Positions 41,551 to 52,226 of a stretch of 64,000 bases of DNA are shown here, piece by piece (the stretch's first letter is position 1; each line of letters begins with the position of its first letter). The notes below the pieces were generated by a model. It was not told where the DNA came from. It searched no databases and saw only the letters and a program-made list of their open reading frames with translations. Position numbers and translations under genes: made by a program. The stretch is from Candidatus Adlerbacteria bacterium (GTDB lineage Bacteria; Patescibacteriota; Minisyncoccia; Phycocordibacterales; SBAW01): positions 44,898 to 108,897 of the forward strand of contig PLCJ01000002.1 of NCBI GenBank assembly GCA_003135635.1, written 5' to 3'.

Positions 41551-42366
41551 ATGGATCTTGAAAAACTCACAAAGCATCAAATTATTCTTCTTACGTTGCT
41601 GGTAAGCTTTATGACCTCTATAGCAACGGGTATTGTTACGGTATCTCTTATGAATCAAGCATCTCCACAGGTAACTCGTATTATCAACCAAGTAGTTCAA
41701 CAAACAGTTGAAAAGGTTGTGCCGGTGCAACAAGGCCCCATTACTGGGGGGACGGTGGTAAAAACGGTCGTCCAAAGCGATGATGTCGTTGCGCAATCAG
41801 TAAGCGCCGCGCGGAAGGGGATTATTCGCATCACCGTAAAAGGGAGTGACAAGCTTATTGCTCGCGGCATCATCATCAACTCAAGCGGTATGGCACTCAC
41901 GGACAGAGAAGCACTGATTGATTCAGGAGCAAGCGCATTTGATGCGATTTTATTCTCTGGCCAACGTGTGCCGATTACCATCCCCACGGGGCAATCAAGC
42001 GCTGATCCTATTTTGAGGATCGCGGTTACGGTAGGTACTTCAACAGGTTTTGCGCCAGCTTATCTTGCTGATCCCCAAAAGCTCACTTTGGGGGAAGGTG
42101 TCATCCGTATTGATGGTATCGCCGCCGATACGGTGAGCGAAGGCGTCATTGCCATGATTCCTTCTAGCTCCTCCTCAAACAGCCCTACGGAGGTTGAAGC
42201 AAGTATGACTTCACAGACGCCGGGCTCGGTTCTCCTTTCTCTTTTTGGAGACGTAATCGCCCTTTCCACTACGGTATCTCAGGCGCAGGGTAGTGATTTC
42301 TATAGCGTGCCCACAACCACACTGTCTGTCGCTACTACTACTCCTGCAGCAAAATCATCCTTATAA
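41551..42366 (+). CDS. Membrane-anchored trypsin-like (HtrA/S1C) protein, catalytic residues not evident
   Basis: LLTLLVSFMTSIATGIVTVSL anchor; GIIINSSG..LT and L.LGE.VI S1C-like strands; no H/GNSGG motifs. Confidence 0.6.
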   Translation: MDLEKLTKHQIILLTLLVSFMTSIATGIVTVSLMNQASPQVTRIINQVVQQTVEKVVPVQQGPITGGTVVKTVVQSDDVVAQSVSAARKGIIRITVKGSDKLIARGIIINSSGMALTDREALIDSGASAFDAILFSGQRVPITIPTGQSSADPILRIAVTVGTSTGFAPAYLADPQKLTLGEGVIRIDGIAADTVSEGVIAMIPSSSSSNSPTEVEASMTSQTPGSVLLSLFGDVIALSTTVSQAQGSDFYSVPTTTLSVATTTPAAKSSL

Positions 42367-42383
42367 TCGTATATATTTAACGT

Positions 42384-45068
42384 ATGCCCCCATTCAATCA
42401 CTTTACTACCAAGGCGAAAGAAGCTATGCGCCGCGCGCATGAGCTTGCTGTAGAGCGTGGACAAAACCAAGTAGGCCCCATGCATCTTCTTGGAGCCCTC
42501 CTTGAGCAAGAGGAAAGCATGGTTACTTCAGTACTTGAAAAACTCGATGTCGATCTTATGCTCCTTAGCGACACTATTTTGGAAAGCATTGAAGGCGGCA
42601 ACCCCAGCTCGGTTCTCTCTCCCTCCTATCAGCTCTATCTCACACCGGAGTTGGTTCAGACACTTGAGCGATCTGCAAAAATTGCCACTGAACTACACGA
42701 TGAGTTTGTCTCAACTGAACACCTTTTTATCTCACTTCTTGATGTATCAAATGTTGCGCGCGAAGCGCTTGGCCGCTTTCGTGTCACGCGCGAAAGTGTT
42801 GTACGGGCTCTTTCTGAGATCCGCTCAGGAAAAGGAGCACCTGCCGCAGAACAAAAGAAATTCCGCGCGCTGTCTAAATATACCCGCTCTCTTACTAAGC
42901 TTGCTCTTGAAAATAAACTCGACCCAGTCATTGGACGAGAAGTAGAAATAAGCCGCGTCATACAAATTCTTTCCAGACGTACGAAGAACAACCCCATTCT
43001 CATCGGTGAAGCGGGTGTCGGTAAGACCGCCATAGCGGAAGGTCTCGCGCAACGCATAGCAATGGGGGATGTGCCAGAATCGCTGCGTGGTAAAGACTTG
43101 GTCTCACTTGATCTCGGTGCGCTCATTGCCGGCACAAAATACCGCGGCGAATTTGAAGAACGTCTAAAAGCTATTGTGAAAGAAATTGAACGCGCGGAAG
43201 GGAAGATCCTCCTTTTTATCGATGAAATTCACACCATCATCGGAGCGGGAGCTGCTGAGGGGGCTATGGATGCCTCCAATATGCTCAAACCCGCCCTTGC
43301 ACGCGGGGATCTTCATGTTATAGGTGCCACCACACTGCGTGAATATCAAAGACATATTGAACGTGACCCAGCTTTTCAAAGACGCTTCCAACCAGTGCAT
43401 GTGCCGGAACCCACAGTGGAGGACGCGGTTGCGATTTTGCGTGGTCTCAAAGAAAAGTATGAACTTTTCCACGGTGTCCATATTACTGATGATTCCCTTA
43501 TTGCAGCAGTTGAACTATCCGCTCGCTACATTCCCGATCGTTTTCTTCCTGATAAGGCAATAGACCTCATCGATGAAGCATCATCGTCCTTGCGTATTTC
43601 ACTTGAAAATAAGCCTCCCATACTTGAAGATGCACACCGAAAAATAACGCGCCTTCAGATAGAAAAAGAAGCGCTGCGCAAAGAAACCACGGATCAGGAG
43701 GAAGGGAAAAAAGCAAAAGCTCGTACAAAAGTTATTGATCACGATATTGCTGATCTGAAAGAAAAAACTTCTGAACTTGAGATGCGCTGGAAAAATGAAA
43801 AGCAGATTCTTCAAGACATCAAGAGCATCAAAAAAGAACTTGAAAGCTTGCGCATTGAAGAAGAAACGGTAGAAGCCGCTGTTGATCTTGCTCGTGCCGC
43901 GGAGATTCGCTATGGGGAAATACCCGCTCTTGAGCGCGAGTTAGAGCAAAAACAAAAACGACTCAAAAAACTTCAGACTTCACGTCGTCTACTCAAGGAA
44001 GATATCACTGAGAATGATATTGCCAAAGTAGTCTCTGCGTGGACCGGCGTTCCGGTATCGCGCATGCTTGAAGAGGAGGTGGAGAAACTCTCTCGTATCG
44101 AAGCTGAGCTTGAATCGCGAGTGGTTGGTCAACATGAGGCAGTGCAAAAAGTTGCTGATGCTGTAAAACGCTCACGCGCTGGCATCGCCGATCCGAACCG
44201 CCCTATCGCTTCGTTCATGTTTCTGGGTCCCACTGGCGTTGGAAAAACGGAGCTTACTCGCGCGCTTGCAAAATTTATGTTTGATGACGAGAAGGCGCTC
44301 ATCCGTGTTGATATGTCGGAATATATGGAAAAGCACTCTGTCTCCAAGATCATTGGGGCACCCCCAGGATATGTCGGCCATGAGGAAGGGGGTGCGCTCA
44401 CCGAGTTAGTGAGACATCGTCCTTATGCAGTGTTGCTGTTTGATGAAATTGAAAAGGCTCATCCCGAGATCTTTAATATTTTGCTACAGGTCCTTGATAA
44501 TGGTTATCTTACTGATGCAAAGGGCCGTAAAGTCAACTTCCGCAATGCCATCATTATTATGACTTCAAACATCGGTGCACAGTACATCGATAAAATGGAA
44601 CAAATTGGTTTTGCAATGAACAGCAGCGACGCAAATAATTACCGCATGGCAAAAGAAAAAGTTCAGCTCACTCTTAAGGATTATTTCCGTCCAGAATTTC
44701 TTAATCGTCTTGATGAAATTATCATCTTCAATATTCTTTCTCCTGAAGCGGTTAAGGAAATCGTTAGAATACAGGTGCGTGAGGTTGTCGAACGTCTCGC
44801 GACAAAAGACATTACTCTTACCGTAAGCCCTGCCGTGTATGAGTACTTAGCCCAGGAAGGTTACAATCCACACTATGGTGCGCGGCCTTTGCGTAGACTT
44901 ATTCAGGACAAGATTCTCACTAAGGTAGCAAATCTCATGGTCTCGCGTGGCGTACTTTCCGGCGGCACGGTTTCCGTTGATGTGAAAGAAAAGGAGTTTT
45001 CTTTTGACGTTAAAAAAATGTCCAAGAGCAAGGGCATGCGAGTAACTGCATTGCAACCAACCGCATAA
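42384..45068 (+). CDS. clpB: ATP-dependent chaperone ClpB
   Basis: Two AAA modules ([16 protein letters not shown]) and a long middle coiled coil ([10 protein letters not shown]). Confidence 0.93.
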   Translation: MPPFNHFTTKAKEAMRRAHELAVERGQNQVGPMHLLGALLEQEESMVTSVLEKLDVDLMLLSDTILESIEGGNPSSVLSPSYQLYLTPELVQTLERSAKIATELHDEFVSTEHLFISLLDVSNVAREALGRFRVTRESVVRALSEIRSGKGAPAAEQKKFRALSKYTRSLTKLALENKLDPVIGREVEISRVIQILSRRTKNNPILIGEAGVGKTAIAEGLAQRIAMGDVPESLRGKDLVSLDLGALIAGTKYRGEFEERLKAIVKEIERAEGKILLFIDEIHTIIGAGAAEGAMDASNMLKPALARGDLHVIGATTLREYQRHIERDPAFQRRFQPVHVPEPTVEDAVAILRGLKEKYELFHGVHITDDSLIAAVELSARYIPDRFLPDKAIDLIDEASSSLRISLENKPPILEDAHRKITRLQIEKEALRKETTDQEEGKKAKARTKVIDHDIADLKEKTSELEMRWKNEKQILQDIKSIKKELESLRIEEETVEAAVDLARAAEIRYGEIPALERELEQKQKRLKKLQTSRRLLKEDITENDIAKVVSAWTGVPVSRMLEEEVEKLSRIEAELESRVVGQHEAVQKVADAVKRSRAGIADPNRPIASFMFLGPTGVGKTELTRALAKFMFDDEKALIRVDMSEYMEKHSVSKIIGAPPGYVGHEEGGALTELVRHRPYAVLLFDEIEKAHPEIFNILLQVLDNGYLTDAKGRKVNFRNAIIIMTSNIGAQYIDKMEQIGFAMNSSDANNYRMAKEKVQLTLKDYFRPEFLNRLDEIIIFNILSPEAVKEIVRIQVREVVERLATKDITLTVSPAVYEYLAQEGYNPHYGARPLRRLIQDKILTKVANLMVSRGVLSGGTVSVDVKEKEFSFDVKKMSKSKGMRVTALQPTA

Positions 45069-45070
45069 TA

Positions 45071-45109
45071 CAAAATCTCCTCGCCGCTTTCACTGCGAGG
45101 AGAAATTTG
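45071..45109. terminator. Hairpin between clpB and tRNA-Tyr
   Basis: caaaatctcctcgc...gcgaggagaaatttg. Confidence 0.65.
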
Positions 45110-45148
45110 TCTCGGACGTCCGTCTTCAGACGTTAAGTATTGTCTATG

Positions 45149-45232
45149 TGCGCCGGGAGGGATTCGAACCCCCGTAGCCGCAAGGGCGCTTGGTTTACAG
45201 CCAAGTGCAATTGACCACTCTGCCACCGACGC
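45149..45232 (-). tRNA. tRNA-Tyr(GTA)
   Basis: cttgg-ct-GTA-aa-ccaag. Confidence 0.95.
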
Positions 45233-45293
45233 AACTTCTATAAAGTACAACACCTTGGGTTTATCCGCAAAAAATCCTGCTATAATAACAACC

Positions 45294-46769
45294 ATGAACA
45301 CGCGCGCATTATGCGCATGGCTTGTTAGTCTCTGGTTCTTTTTTGTACCGTGTTTAAGCTTTGCTCAAGCACAAAGTACTAGCTCATCAACCTCCGCAAC
45401 CACCACTTCCTTCTGCTCCCTTAGTGTTTCCCCGCAGACCATACCCCAAGGAGCTTCCACTCTTCTCTCTTGGAAAAGTAGTACTACAACAACCTCTGCC
45501 ACGATCTCAGGCATTGGTCCAGTTGCGGCTTCCGGTGCACTGTTTGTCGCACCAACCCAATCGATTACCTTTGTCGGAACTTTCACTGGCCCTTGGGGGA
45601 TGATTCATTGCTCCGTGCCACTTTATGTAACTGCACCCTCTTCCAGTCAATCAGGAAGCGGAACAGGCGTAACAGGCGGAACAGTAGGAGGGGGAAGTGT
45701 GACCTATACTCCACCCACTACGGGAACAACCCCTGCGTATACAGGCACCCCTTCATCTCAAACTCCAGGGTATTCAGGTACTCCAGCCTACTCTGGCACT
45801 CCTGGTTACACTCCACCAATTACCTCCACACAACCCTCCTCTCCAACGACACCCACCTTCAATGCAAGTTCTTTGTCGTACCCCGCATCAACAGGCAACA
45901 CCAGTGGCTCGGGAGCGGTGAGTAGTTTGGTGCCACAGTGCGCGGGCGGTGCTACTGAGTGCACTCTGTGTGACCTTGAAAAACTTATCCAAAACATCAT
46001 CAATTTTGCTCTTGGTCTTTCAATTCCTATCGCTATGCTTCTTTTCGCGATGGCTGGCATTCTTTATTTTACTTCCGGAGCGAACCCCTCTAACACTGAT
46101 CGTGCAAAAAAAATCTTCTCTGCCACATTTATGGGTCTCCTTATTGCTATCTCTGGCTGGCTTCTCGTACAGACAGTGATGAATGTATTTGTTACCGGAA
46201 AAAACTTCACGGACTGGAGCTGGAATAATCTACAATGCTCACCAACGCCATACACACCGACGACCGTTACCCAATGGCTCAATAGTGTTTTGGGATCGGG
46301 ACTGGGTAGTACGTTATCGCCGACGGGGGGAGGTGTTACCAGCGGTTCTGGTGCTCAGTGTGCGAGTGGCAAATCTGCCTGTAGTCCAGCGGCTCTACAG
46401 GCGGTGGGATATACTCCAGCTCAAGCTAATGCAATGTCATGCATTGCTGTGACCGAAAGTAGTGGTAACCCGCAAACACCCAACAGTTCAAGCGGCGCGT
46501 GTGGGACATTTCAGATATTGCAATCCAATTGGAACAATCCTAACTATCATGGACCGGGTTGCAGTAGTGCGACATCGTGCAATGACGCGGCGTGCAATGC
46601 ACAGACAGCGCGGATAATGTTTAATCAGTCAGGGTATCAGCCATGGACAGGAGTATATCCTCCCGGTTCTATTGTGGATGGACAAAATCTGTCAGGACAA
46701 CATTGGAACGCGAACGCAGTCAGTTGTGTCCAGATGTATGATCCAAATACCACTGCACAGCTGCAATGA
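45294..46769 (+). CDS. Exported multidomain protein: Ig-like domain, P/T/S linker, VirB2-like pilin, C-terminal lysozyme/SLT-like domain
   Basis: C.LCDL..LIQNIINF...AGILY.TSG.NP....AK pilin block; IAVTESSGNP...ACGTFQI and GYQPW transglycosylase-like motifs. Confidence 0.75.
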   Translation: MNTRALCAWLVSLWFFFVPCLSFAQAQSTSSSTSATTTSFCSLSVSPQTIPQGASTLLSWKSSTTTTSATISGIGPVAASGALFVAPTQSITFVGTFTGPWGMIHCSVPLYVTAPSSSQSGSGTGVTGGTVGGGSVTYTPPTTGTTPAYTGTPSSQTPGYSGTPAYSGTPGYTPPITSTQPSSPTTPTFNASSLSYPASTGNTSGSGAVSSLVPQCAGGATECTLCDLEKLIQNIINFALGLSIPIAMLLFAMAGILYFTSGANPSNTDRAKKIFSATFMGLLIAISGWLLVQTVMNVFVTGKNFTDWSWNNLQCSPTPYTPTTVTQWLNSVLGSGLGSTLSPTGGGVTSGSGAQCASGKSACSPAALQAVGYTPAQANAMSCIAVTESSGNPQTPNSSSGACGTFQILQSNWNNPNYHGPGCSSATSCNDAACNAQTARIMFNQSGYQPWTGVYPPGSIVDGQNLSGQHWNANAVSCVQMYDPNTTAQLQ

Positions 46770-46782
46770 AACGAAAATTTTT

Positions 46783-47376
46783 ATGAGTAAAACTTTGACA
46801 ATAAGTATAGGAGTACTCATAGTCATTGGACTTGTTGTACTCATTATCTTCAAACTGTTTACCGGTTCAAATAGTCAAGTACCAACAACTAATACCCTCT
46901 ACACGGGAGGTTTAAATACAGAACCTTCTCCCACAGTCTCGCCATCTCTTTCTGGCTCAGGGACGCAAGCCAGTAGTGGTAATACAATTTCTATCGCGGC
47001 CACAAACGGAGGAACCATTCAAGCCAATAATTTTAAAAATGATCCAGCGACCACACAAGATCCGATTAATACCGGTTATTACTACCTTGGCTATCATGTC
47101 TATGGAGGTGTTCCGGATTCAACTTCAACCAACACTCTCCCGTATGTCATAGAATATATTGATACGACTCAATACTTTAATATTGAACTTTTACAAGAAC
47201 CGATAGGAGTTACACGCCAGCAGGCAGAGCAGTATCTCATGGCACACCTCGGTATATCGCAGAGTCAGATGTGTGAACTCAACTATATGGTCAGTGTACC
47301 GTATAGTGTCAATCAATTTTACTCTAGTCGCAGCCTTGGCTTCAGTTTTTGTCCAGGGGCGACAGCACTACAATAA
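46783..47376 (+). CDS. Hypothetical membrane-anchored protein
   Basis: N-terminal TM, S/T linker, C-terminal R..AE.YL...LGI.Q..MC.L...LGFSFCPGA. Confidence 0.7.
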   Translation: MSKTLTISIGVLIVIGLVVLIIFKLFTGSNSQVPTTNTLYTGGLNTEPSPTVSPSLSGSGTQASSGNTISIAATNGGTIQANNFKNDPATTQDPINTGYYYLGYHVYGGVPDSTSTNTLPYVIEYIDTTQYFNIELLQEPIGVTRQQAEQYLMAHLGISQSQMCELNYMVSVPYSVNQFYSSRSLGFSFCPGATALQ

Positions 47377-47476
47377 TTAGAAAAATATTCTTTTCTGTCT
47401 TATTTCTAATGATGTTAATTATAAAGTGTGATAAGAAGTTGCACCCTAATGCTATGTAGCGTATAGTTCCGCGTGT

Positions 47477-47635
47477 ATGTCCCAAGATCGTCTAATAAAA
47501 CTTGCATGTAGCACCTGCAAGCGCACCAACTACTGGTCTTCCAAAAATAAGAAAAAAGTTGAGCGTAAGATAGAGCTCAAGAAATTTTGCAAATGGTGCA
47601 GAGCTCAAACTGTACATAAAGAGGCAAAGAAATAG
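47477..47635 (+). CDS. rpmG: 50S ribosomal protein L33 (absent from ORF track)
   Basis: MSQDRLIKLACSTCKRTNYWSSKNKKKVERKIELKKFCKWCRAQTVHKEAKK. Confidence 0.95.
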   Translation: MSQDRLIKLACSTCKRTNYWSSKNKKKVERKIELKKFCKWCRAQTVHKEAKK

Positions 47636-47651
47636 GATATACTCCTGGCAA

Positions 47652-47722
47652 GGGCCTATAGTTCAATGGTAGAATAGCGGTCTCCAAAACCGTTGATCGA
47701 GGTTCGAATCCTCGTGGGCCCG
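47652..47722 (+). tRNA. tRNA-Trp(CCA)
   Basis: gcggt-ct-CCA-aa-accgt. Confidence 0.95.
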
Positions 47723-47736
47723 CCCACATAGATACT

Positions 47737-48630
47737 ATGAAAAAAACCGCCCTATTAATTATCCTTTTTTCCCTTCTGGTGATTGCTGCTTTGGTCTATG
47801 GAATAAGCAGAGGCAATATATTTCAACAACCAACCATTACTCCTTCAGGTACTTCTTCTCAAAATACGGTTACCTATTTTTGCACCAACGGCAAAAATAT
47901 TACTGCAACGTTTGCCAGCAGCACCGTTTCTCTTGCCCTGTCTGACGGCCGCTCTTTCATGCTTCCGCAGGTCATGTCAGGCTCTGGTATTCGATATGAA
48001 GAACAACAAGGCACTAGCAGTGATATAACCTTCTCAAATGAAGGGGATAATGCTTTTCTCACGGAAAATAATCAGACCACCTATGATAACTGTCTTGCGG
48101 GTACTACTGCTTCCTATGGCACAAGCACTATATTTACTGATGAGGGCAAGACGTTCAGCTTTGTCTACCCCAGCAATTTTACTGTGGTGGGAGGCGGCGT
48201 CGGCTATACGCAGAGTTGGGCCCAACAGGCAACCACCTCGGGTCTTTTGCTTGCAGTTCTCAATGTACCCCAATCATTTGAGCCTAAAACTAATTTTGCA
48301 GATGCTGCGTTTAGTGTGGGTACGAGTCCTGATCCTCAGGCGGTAAGTTACTGTCTTACTCCCTCTCAGGGCAATGGATCCAAACCGACACAAGTAACTA
48401 TCAACGGAGTGCTCTATACCACATTCACCATCTCAGACGCTGGAGCGGGTAATTTCTATACCACCACTACCTATCGGGTAGTGCGCAACAGCCAGTGTTA
48501 TGCGATTGAATACACCATTCACTCAACTAATATTGGTAACTACCCACCTAGTCTGGGTATTTCTCAGTTTGATCAGCAAAAGATTCAAAATGTGCTTGAT
48601 GGAATAGTGCAGAGCTTCAAGTTTTTGTAA
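47737..48630 (+). CDS. Membrane-anchored protein with MliC/PliC lysozyme-inhibitor-like domain
   Basis: YFC.NGK.I.ATF...LPQVMSGSGIRY...F.NEGDNAFL matches the MliC SASGARY-type signature. Confidence 0.75.
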   Translation: MKKTALLIILFSLLVIAALVYGISRGNIFQQPTITPSGTSSQNTVTYFCTNGKNITATFASSTVSLALSDGRSFMLPQVMSGSGIRYEEQQGTSSDITFSNEGDNAFLTENNQTTYDNCLAGTTASYGTSTIFTDEGKTFSFVYPSNFTVVGGGVGYTQSWAQQATTSGLLLAVLNVPQSFEPKTNFADAAFSVGTSPDPQAVSYCLTPSQGNGSKPTQVTINGVLYTTFTISDAGAGNFYTTTTYRVVRNSQCYAIEYTIHSTNIGNYPPSLGISQFDQQKIQNVLDGIVQSFKFL

Positions 48631-48635
48631 GCAAA

Positions 48636-49526
48636 TTACGAGTCCTGCAAAAATTTCTTTGCATATCTAAGTGCCTCTAATTTATTTTTAATCCACACGA
48701 TCTCAGCATTGCGGCTAAACCAGCGTGTTTGCCTCTTTGCATAGTGCATACTCGCGCGTTCAAGCGCCTCCATACATTCTCTTCGGGTTATGTTTCCTCG
48801 AAGGAGATGAGCAAGTAAGCGATACTCAAACCCCAGCTCTTCCATCCGCCGATAGGAGAGCCCTCGCATATGCAGTTGCTTTGCTTCAGCAACGAGGCTC
48901 TGTTTAAACCGGATAAGGATGCGCTTGTGGATTTTTTTGCGCAGCACTCTTTCATCCGGATTAAGTCCAAGCCAGAGTATCTTGTACTTTTTTTCACTCG
49001 TTGGTTTAGGATTTTTACCTAGCGCTTCAGCAATTTCAAGTGCGCGAATAAGACGACGTTTGTGATGGGGCTCTATGGTTTTCGCGCGCCGCGCATCTTT
49101 ATTTTTGAGAAGTGTGTAGAGCTCTGCGGCACTTTTTTTCTCAAGACGTGCTCGCAGTACATCGTTTGGGGACACATTGGGAAGAACAATTCTTCCCAAT
49201 AGCGCATCAATATATAGTCCCGTACCCCCAACGACAATCGGAACGGCATTCTTCTTTTCAATTATGGCGATAGCGCGTCTTGCGCGCTTGACATAGTCGC
49301 TTACGCTAAATATACGCCTCAACGATGCACCCTGAAGCAGGTGGTGGGGGACTACGCTCTGCTCTTTTTTGCTTATTTTACCGGCCGTAATATTAAATGC
49401 GGTATATACTTGCCGGGAATCTGCAGAAATGATTTCACCCTGAATTTTTTGTGCGAGATATATACCCAGCGCACTTTTGCCCGAAGCATTGGGACCTATG
49501 ATCGCGATAATTTTTGGCTTTTTCAT
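48636..49526 (-). CDS. miaA: tRNA dimethylallyltransferase
   Basis: GPNASGKS, ISADSRQVY, VGGTGLY, YAKRQ.RWF. Confidence 0.95.
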   Translation of the reverse strand: MKKPKIIAIIGPNASGKSALGIYLAQKIQGEIISADSRQVYTAFNITAGKISKKEQSVVPHHLLQGASLRRIFSVSDYVKRARRAIAIIEKKNAVPIVVGGTGLYIDALLGRIVLPNVSPNDVLRARLEKKSAAELYTLLKNKDARRAKTIEPHHKRRLIRALEIAEALGKNPKPTSEKKYKILWLGLNPDERVLRKKIHKRILIRFKQSLVAEAKQLHMRGLSYRRMEELGFEYRLLAHLLRGNITRRECMEALERASMHYAKRQTRWFSRNAEIVWIKNKLEALRYAKKFLQDS

Positions 49527-49535
49527 AGCCCTGTA

Positions 49536-49619
49536 TGGTGCCGGAGGAGGGACTCGAACCCTCACCCCTTGCGGGACGCGATTTTGAGTCGCGCGCGTCT
49601 GCCATTCCGCCACTCCGGC
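49536..49619 (-). tRNA. tRNA-Leu(CAA)
   Basis: cgcga-ct-CAA-aa-tcgcg; encoded CCA. Confidence 0.95.
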
Positions 49620-49695
49620 TTTCTTCTTTCCAAGATAGCTCACCCACTGTAATTGCAAAGGGCAATAGCAGTGATTGTTGTGTTAGTATAATCGC

Positions 49696-50640
49696 ATGTC
49701 CGGGTTTTACAATAATGCTATTTTTTGGGTTGAGATAGAAAGAATAAAGCCAAACCCTCTGCAGCCGCGCAAAGAATTTGATGAAGATAAACTGCGCGAT
49801 CTTGCGGGCTCGATTCGCCAATACGGAGTGCTCCAGCCGCTTGTTGTCTCGCGCAATGAAATTCAAAAAGAGGATGGTGGCATTGCAACCGAGTATGAAC
49901 TTATCGCTGGCGAGCGACGTCTGCGCGCATCCAAAATGGCGGGCATTACTCAACTACCAGTCATTATCCGCATGGGATTTGATGATGACAAGACTAAACT
50001 TGAGCTCGCCATTATTGAAAACCTTCAGCGTGAAGACCTCAATCCGATAGATCGTGCTCATGCATTTGACCGACTCGCAAAAGAATTTGGATTCAAACAC
50101 ATTGAGATTGCCGAAAAAATCGGTAAGAGTCGAGAATATGTTTCAAATTCAATCCGTTTATTGCTGATGCCGGGGGATATGCAGGAAGCACTCGCCGCAG
50201 GGAGCATAAGCGAAGGCCATACCCGCCCCATTCTCATGCTTTCAGATCGGCCGGAGGAACAACGCACCCTTTTTCGAGAAATTATACTGAAACGTCTGAC
50301 CGTGCGTGATTCAGAATCAATCGCAAGACGTATAGCATTTGATCGTGTTCGTAAAAAAGAATATCTTTATGCTCCTGAAATCCTTGAGATGGAGCGAGAA
50401 CTCACCGAAGCGCTTGGCACTCGGGTCGCTATAGAACCACGAGAACACGGAGGTAAACTTTCGATTGATTTTATGAACGAGGACGACCTCCGCACTCTTT
50501 TCAATGCACTGCAGACGCGTATTGCCCATCCCTCCCAAGGGAGTGAAGGAGATGAGCGGGAGACTCCTCTTGATGATCGCTCTCAGAATGAAAAAACACT
50601 CGACGAAAATACTTTCGACCCGAGCAACTTTTCTTTATAA
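49696..50640 (+). CDS. parB: ParB/Spo0J partition protein
   Basis: PNP.QPRK.F, LIAGERRLRA, ENLQREDLN, HTH. Confidence 0.93.
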   Translation: MSGFYNNAIFWVEIERIKPNPLQPRKEFDEDKLRDLAGSIRQYGVLQPLVVSRNEIQKEDGGIATEYELIAGERRLRASKMAGITQLPVIIRMGFDDDKTKLELAIIENLQREDLNPIDRAHAFDRLAKEFGFKHIEIAEKIGKSREYVSNSIRLLLMPGDMQEALAAGSISEGHTRPILMLSDRPEEQRTLFREIILKRLTVRDSESIARRIAFDRVRKKEYLYAPEILEMERELTEALGTRVAIEPREHGGKLSIDFMNEDDLRTLFNALQTRIAHPSQGSEGDERETPLDDRSQNEKTLDENTFDPSNFSL

Positions 50641-52194
50641 TTACTTTGTGTGTTCAAGGGCATTTCTAATGTGTCGGCGTGCCAAAGTGGTTTTGGCGAA
50701 ATCAAGCCATTTCTGCTTCGGTCCAGCAGACTTTTTCGTGATAATTTCAGCGATATCACCATTATGAAGCGCGGTATCAAGCGACACCAACTTGCCGTTA
50801 ACCTTCGCCGCAAAGACGTGATCTCCAATATCAGAATGTATGGCGTAGGCAAAATCAATAGGACTTGATTCCAAAGGCAGATCAACAACATCTCCAGTTG
50901 GTGTGAATACAAAGACCCGGTGAATGAAAATATCGGTTTTAAGTGTCGTCTCGATGTCCGGATCGCTCATCTCATCGCCCAAGTCCGAGAGCCACTCTGG
51001 CGCAGAGGGGGCACCGTAGCGGCTGCGGTTTGAGGAGTGTTTTTTCTCTTCTTTTTTGGAGAGTGAAACTTCTTTTGCATTTCCTCGTCTGAAGCTTGGT
51101 ATCAAGCTTTTAACCCAATCAAAGCTAGACTGTTTTCCCGGGGCTCCATCCTGATCTTTTTCACCGGCATCTTTATACATAACGTGCGCTGCAATACCAT
51201 ACTGGGACTCTTGGTGCATTTCTTCGGTGCGGATCTGCACCTCAACGATGCCCCCATCACCAGAGAAGACAGTGGTGTGTAGGCTCTTGTACCCGTTGGG
51301 CTTCTCAAAAGCAATATAGTCTTTTATTTTATTGGGAAGCGGTTGCCATAACTTATGAACCAGGCCAAGTACACGGTAGCAATCTGCGACGGTAAGTACT
51401 ACCACCCTAATTGCCGCGACATCATGTATTTTTAATATATCGTTTTCTTTACGTTTGAGTTTTTGAGAAAGACTCCATAATCCTTTGACACGAAAATCAG
51501 TGTGAAAATTAGTCATACCACTTTCTGCGAGTTCGCGCTTCAGCATCTTCAGCATCTTCTTGAGTCTTCCGGTAGTCTCATCGGCATGCTCGGAAAGTAG
51601 TTTTTTCGCTGCGGCGTATTCTTGTGGATAGGCATATACAAACGCCAAATCTTCAAGCTCGCGACGAACGGTACCCATACCAAGCCGGTGAGCGATAGCC
51701 GCATATATTTCAATGGTTTCAAGAGCGATGCGCTGCCTCTTCTCGGGAGCGACAAACTGCAAGGTACGCACATTATGAAGACGATCCATGAGTTTAATGA
51801 TGAGTACCCGAGCATCTTTTCCTGTCGCAACAAGGAGTTTCCGGAGACTTTCTCGATGACGCTCCACGCCTCGATATTTAAGATGCCCGAGTTTTGTTAC
51901 CCCTTCAACAAGAAACCGAATTTCTTTTCCAAACTCTTTTTCTATATCCTCTGGGCTTACGCTGGTGTCTTCTATCGAGTCATGCAAAAGTCCCGCCGCA
52001 ATGGTCTTGGCACTCATATCGATCTCTGCCAGACTTTTTGCGGTTGCAACCAGATGAGTGAGGTAGGGCTCTCCAGAGAGGCGTTTATGATCTTTGTGGG
52101 CCTGTGCTGCAAAGGCATACGCTTTTTCAATAAGAGCGATATCCTCAGGCGTAGGCGCACCTTTCAAGGCAATAATCTCCTTAACCTCTGACAT
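50641..52194 (-). CDS. RelA/SpoT (p)ppGpp synthetase/hydrolase, ending after the TGS domain
   Basis: R.SGEPY..H, LLHDSIED, KDYIA..KPNGY.SLHT, EVQIRT, DFAYAIHSDIG. Confidence 0.92.
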   Translation of the reverse strand: MSEVKEIIALKGAPTPEDIALIEKAYAFAAQAHKDHKRLSGEPYLTHLVATAKSLAEIDMSAKTIAAGLLHDSIEDTSVSPEDIEKEFGKEIRFLVEGVTKLGHLKYRGVERHRESLRKLLVATGKDARVLIIKLMDRLHNVRTLQFVAPEKRQRIALETIEIYAAIAHRLGMGTVRRELEDLAFVYAYPQEYAAAKKLLSEHADETTGRLKKMLKMLKRELAESGMTNFHTDFRVKGLWSLSQKLKRKENDILKIHDVAAIRVVVLTVADCYRVLGLVHKLWQPLPNKIKDYIAFEKPNGYKSLHTTVFSGDGGIVEVQIRTEEMHQESQYGIAAHVMYKDAGEKDQDGAPGKQSSFDWVKSLIPSFRRGNAKEVSLSKKEEKKHSSNRSRYGAPSAPEWLSDLGDEMSDPDIETTLKTDIFIHRVFVFTPTGDVVDLPLESSPIDFAYAIHSDIGDHVFAAKVNGKLVSLDTALHNGDIAEIITKKSAGPKQKWLDFAKTTLARRHIRNALEHTK

Positions 52195-52226
52195 ACAACG
52201 AGTGTACTCCGCTGGTCTCCTGCGGT

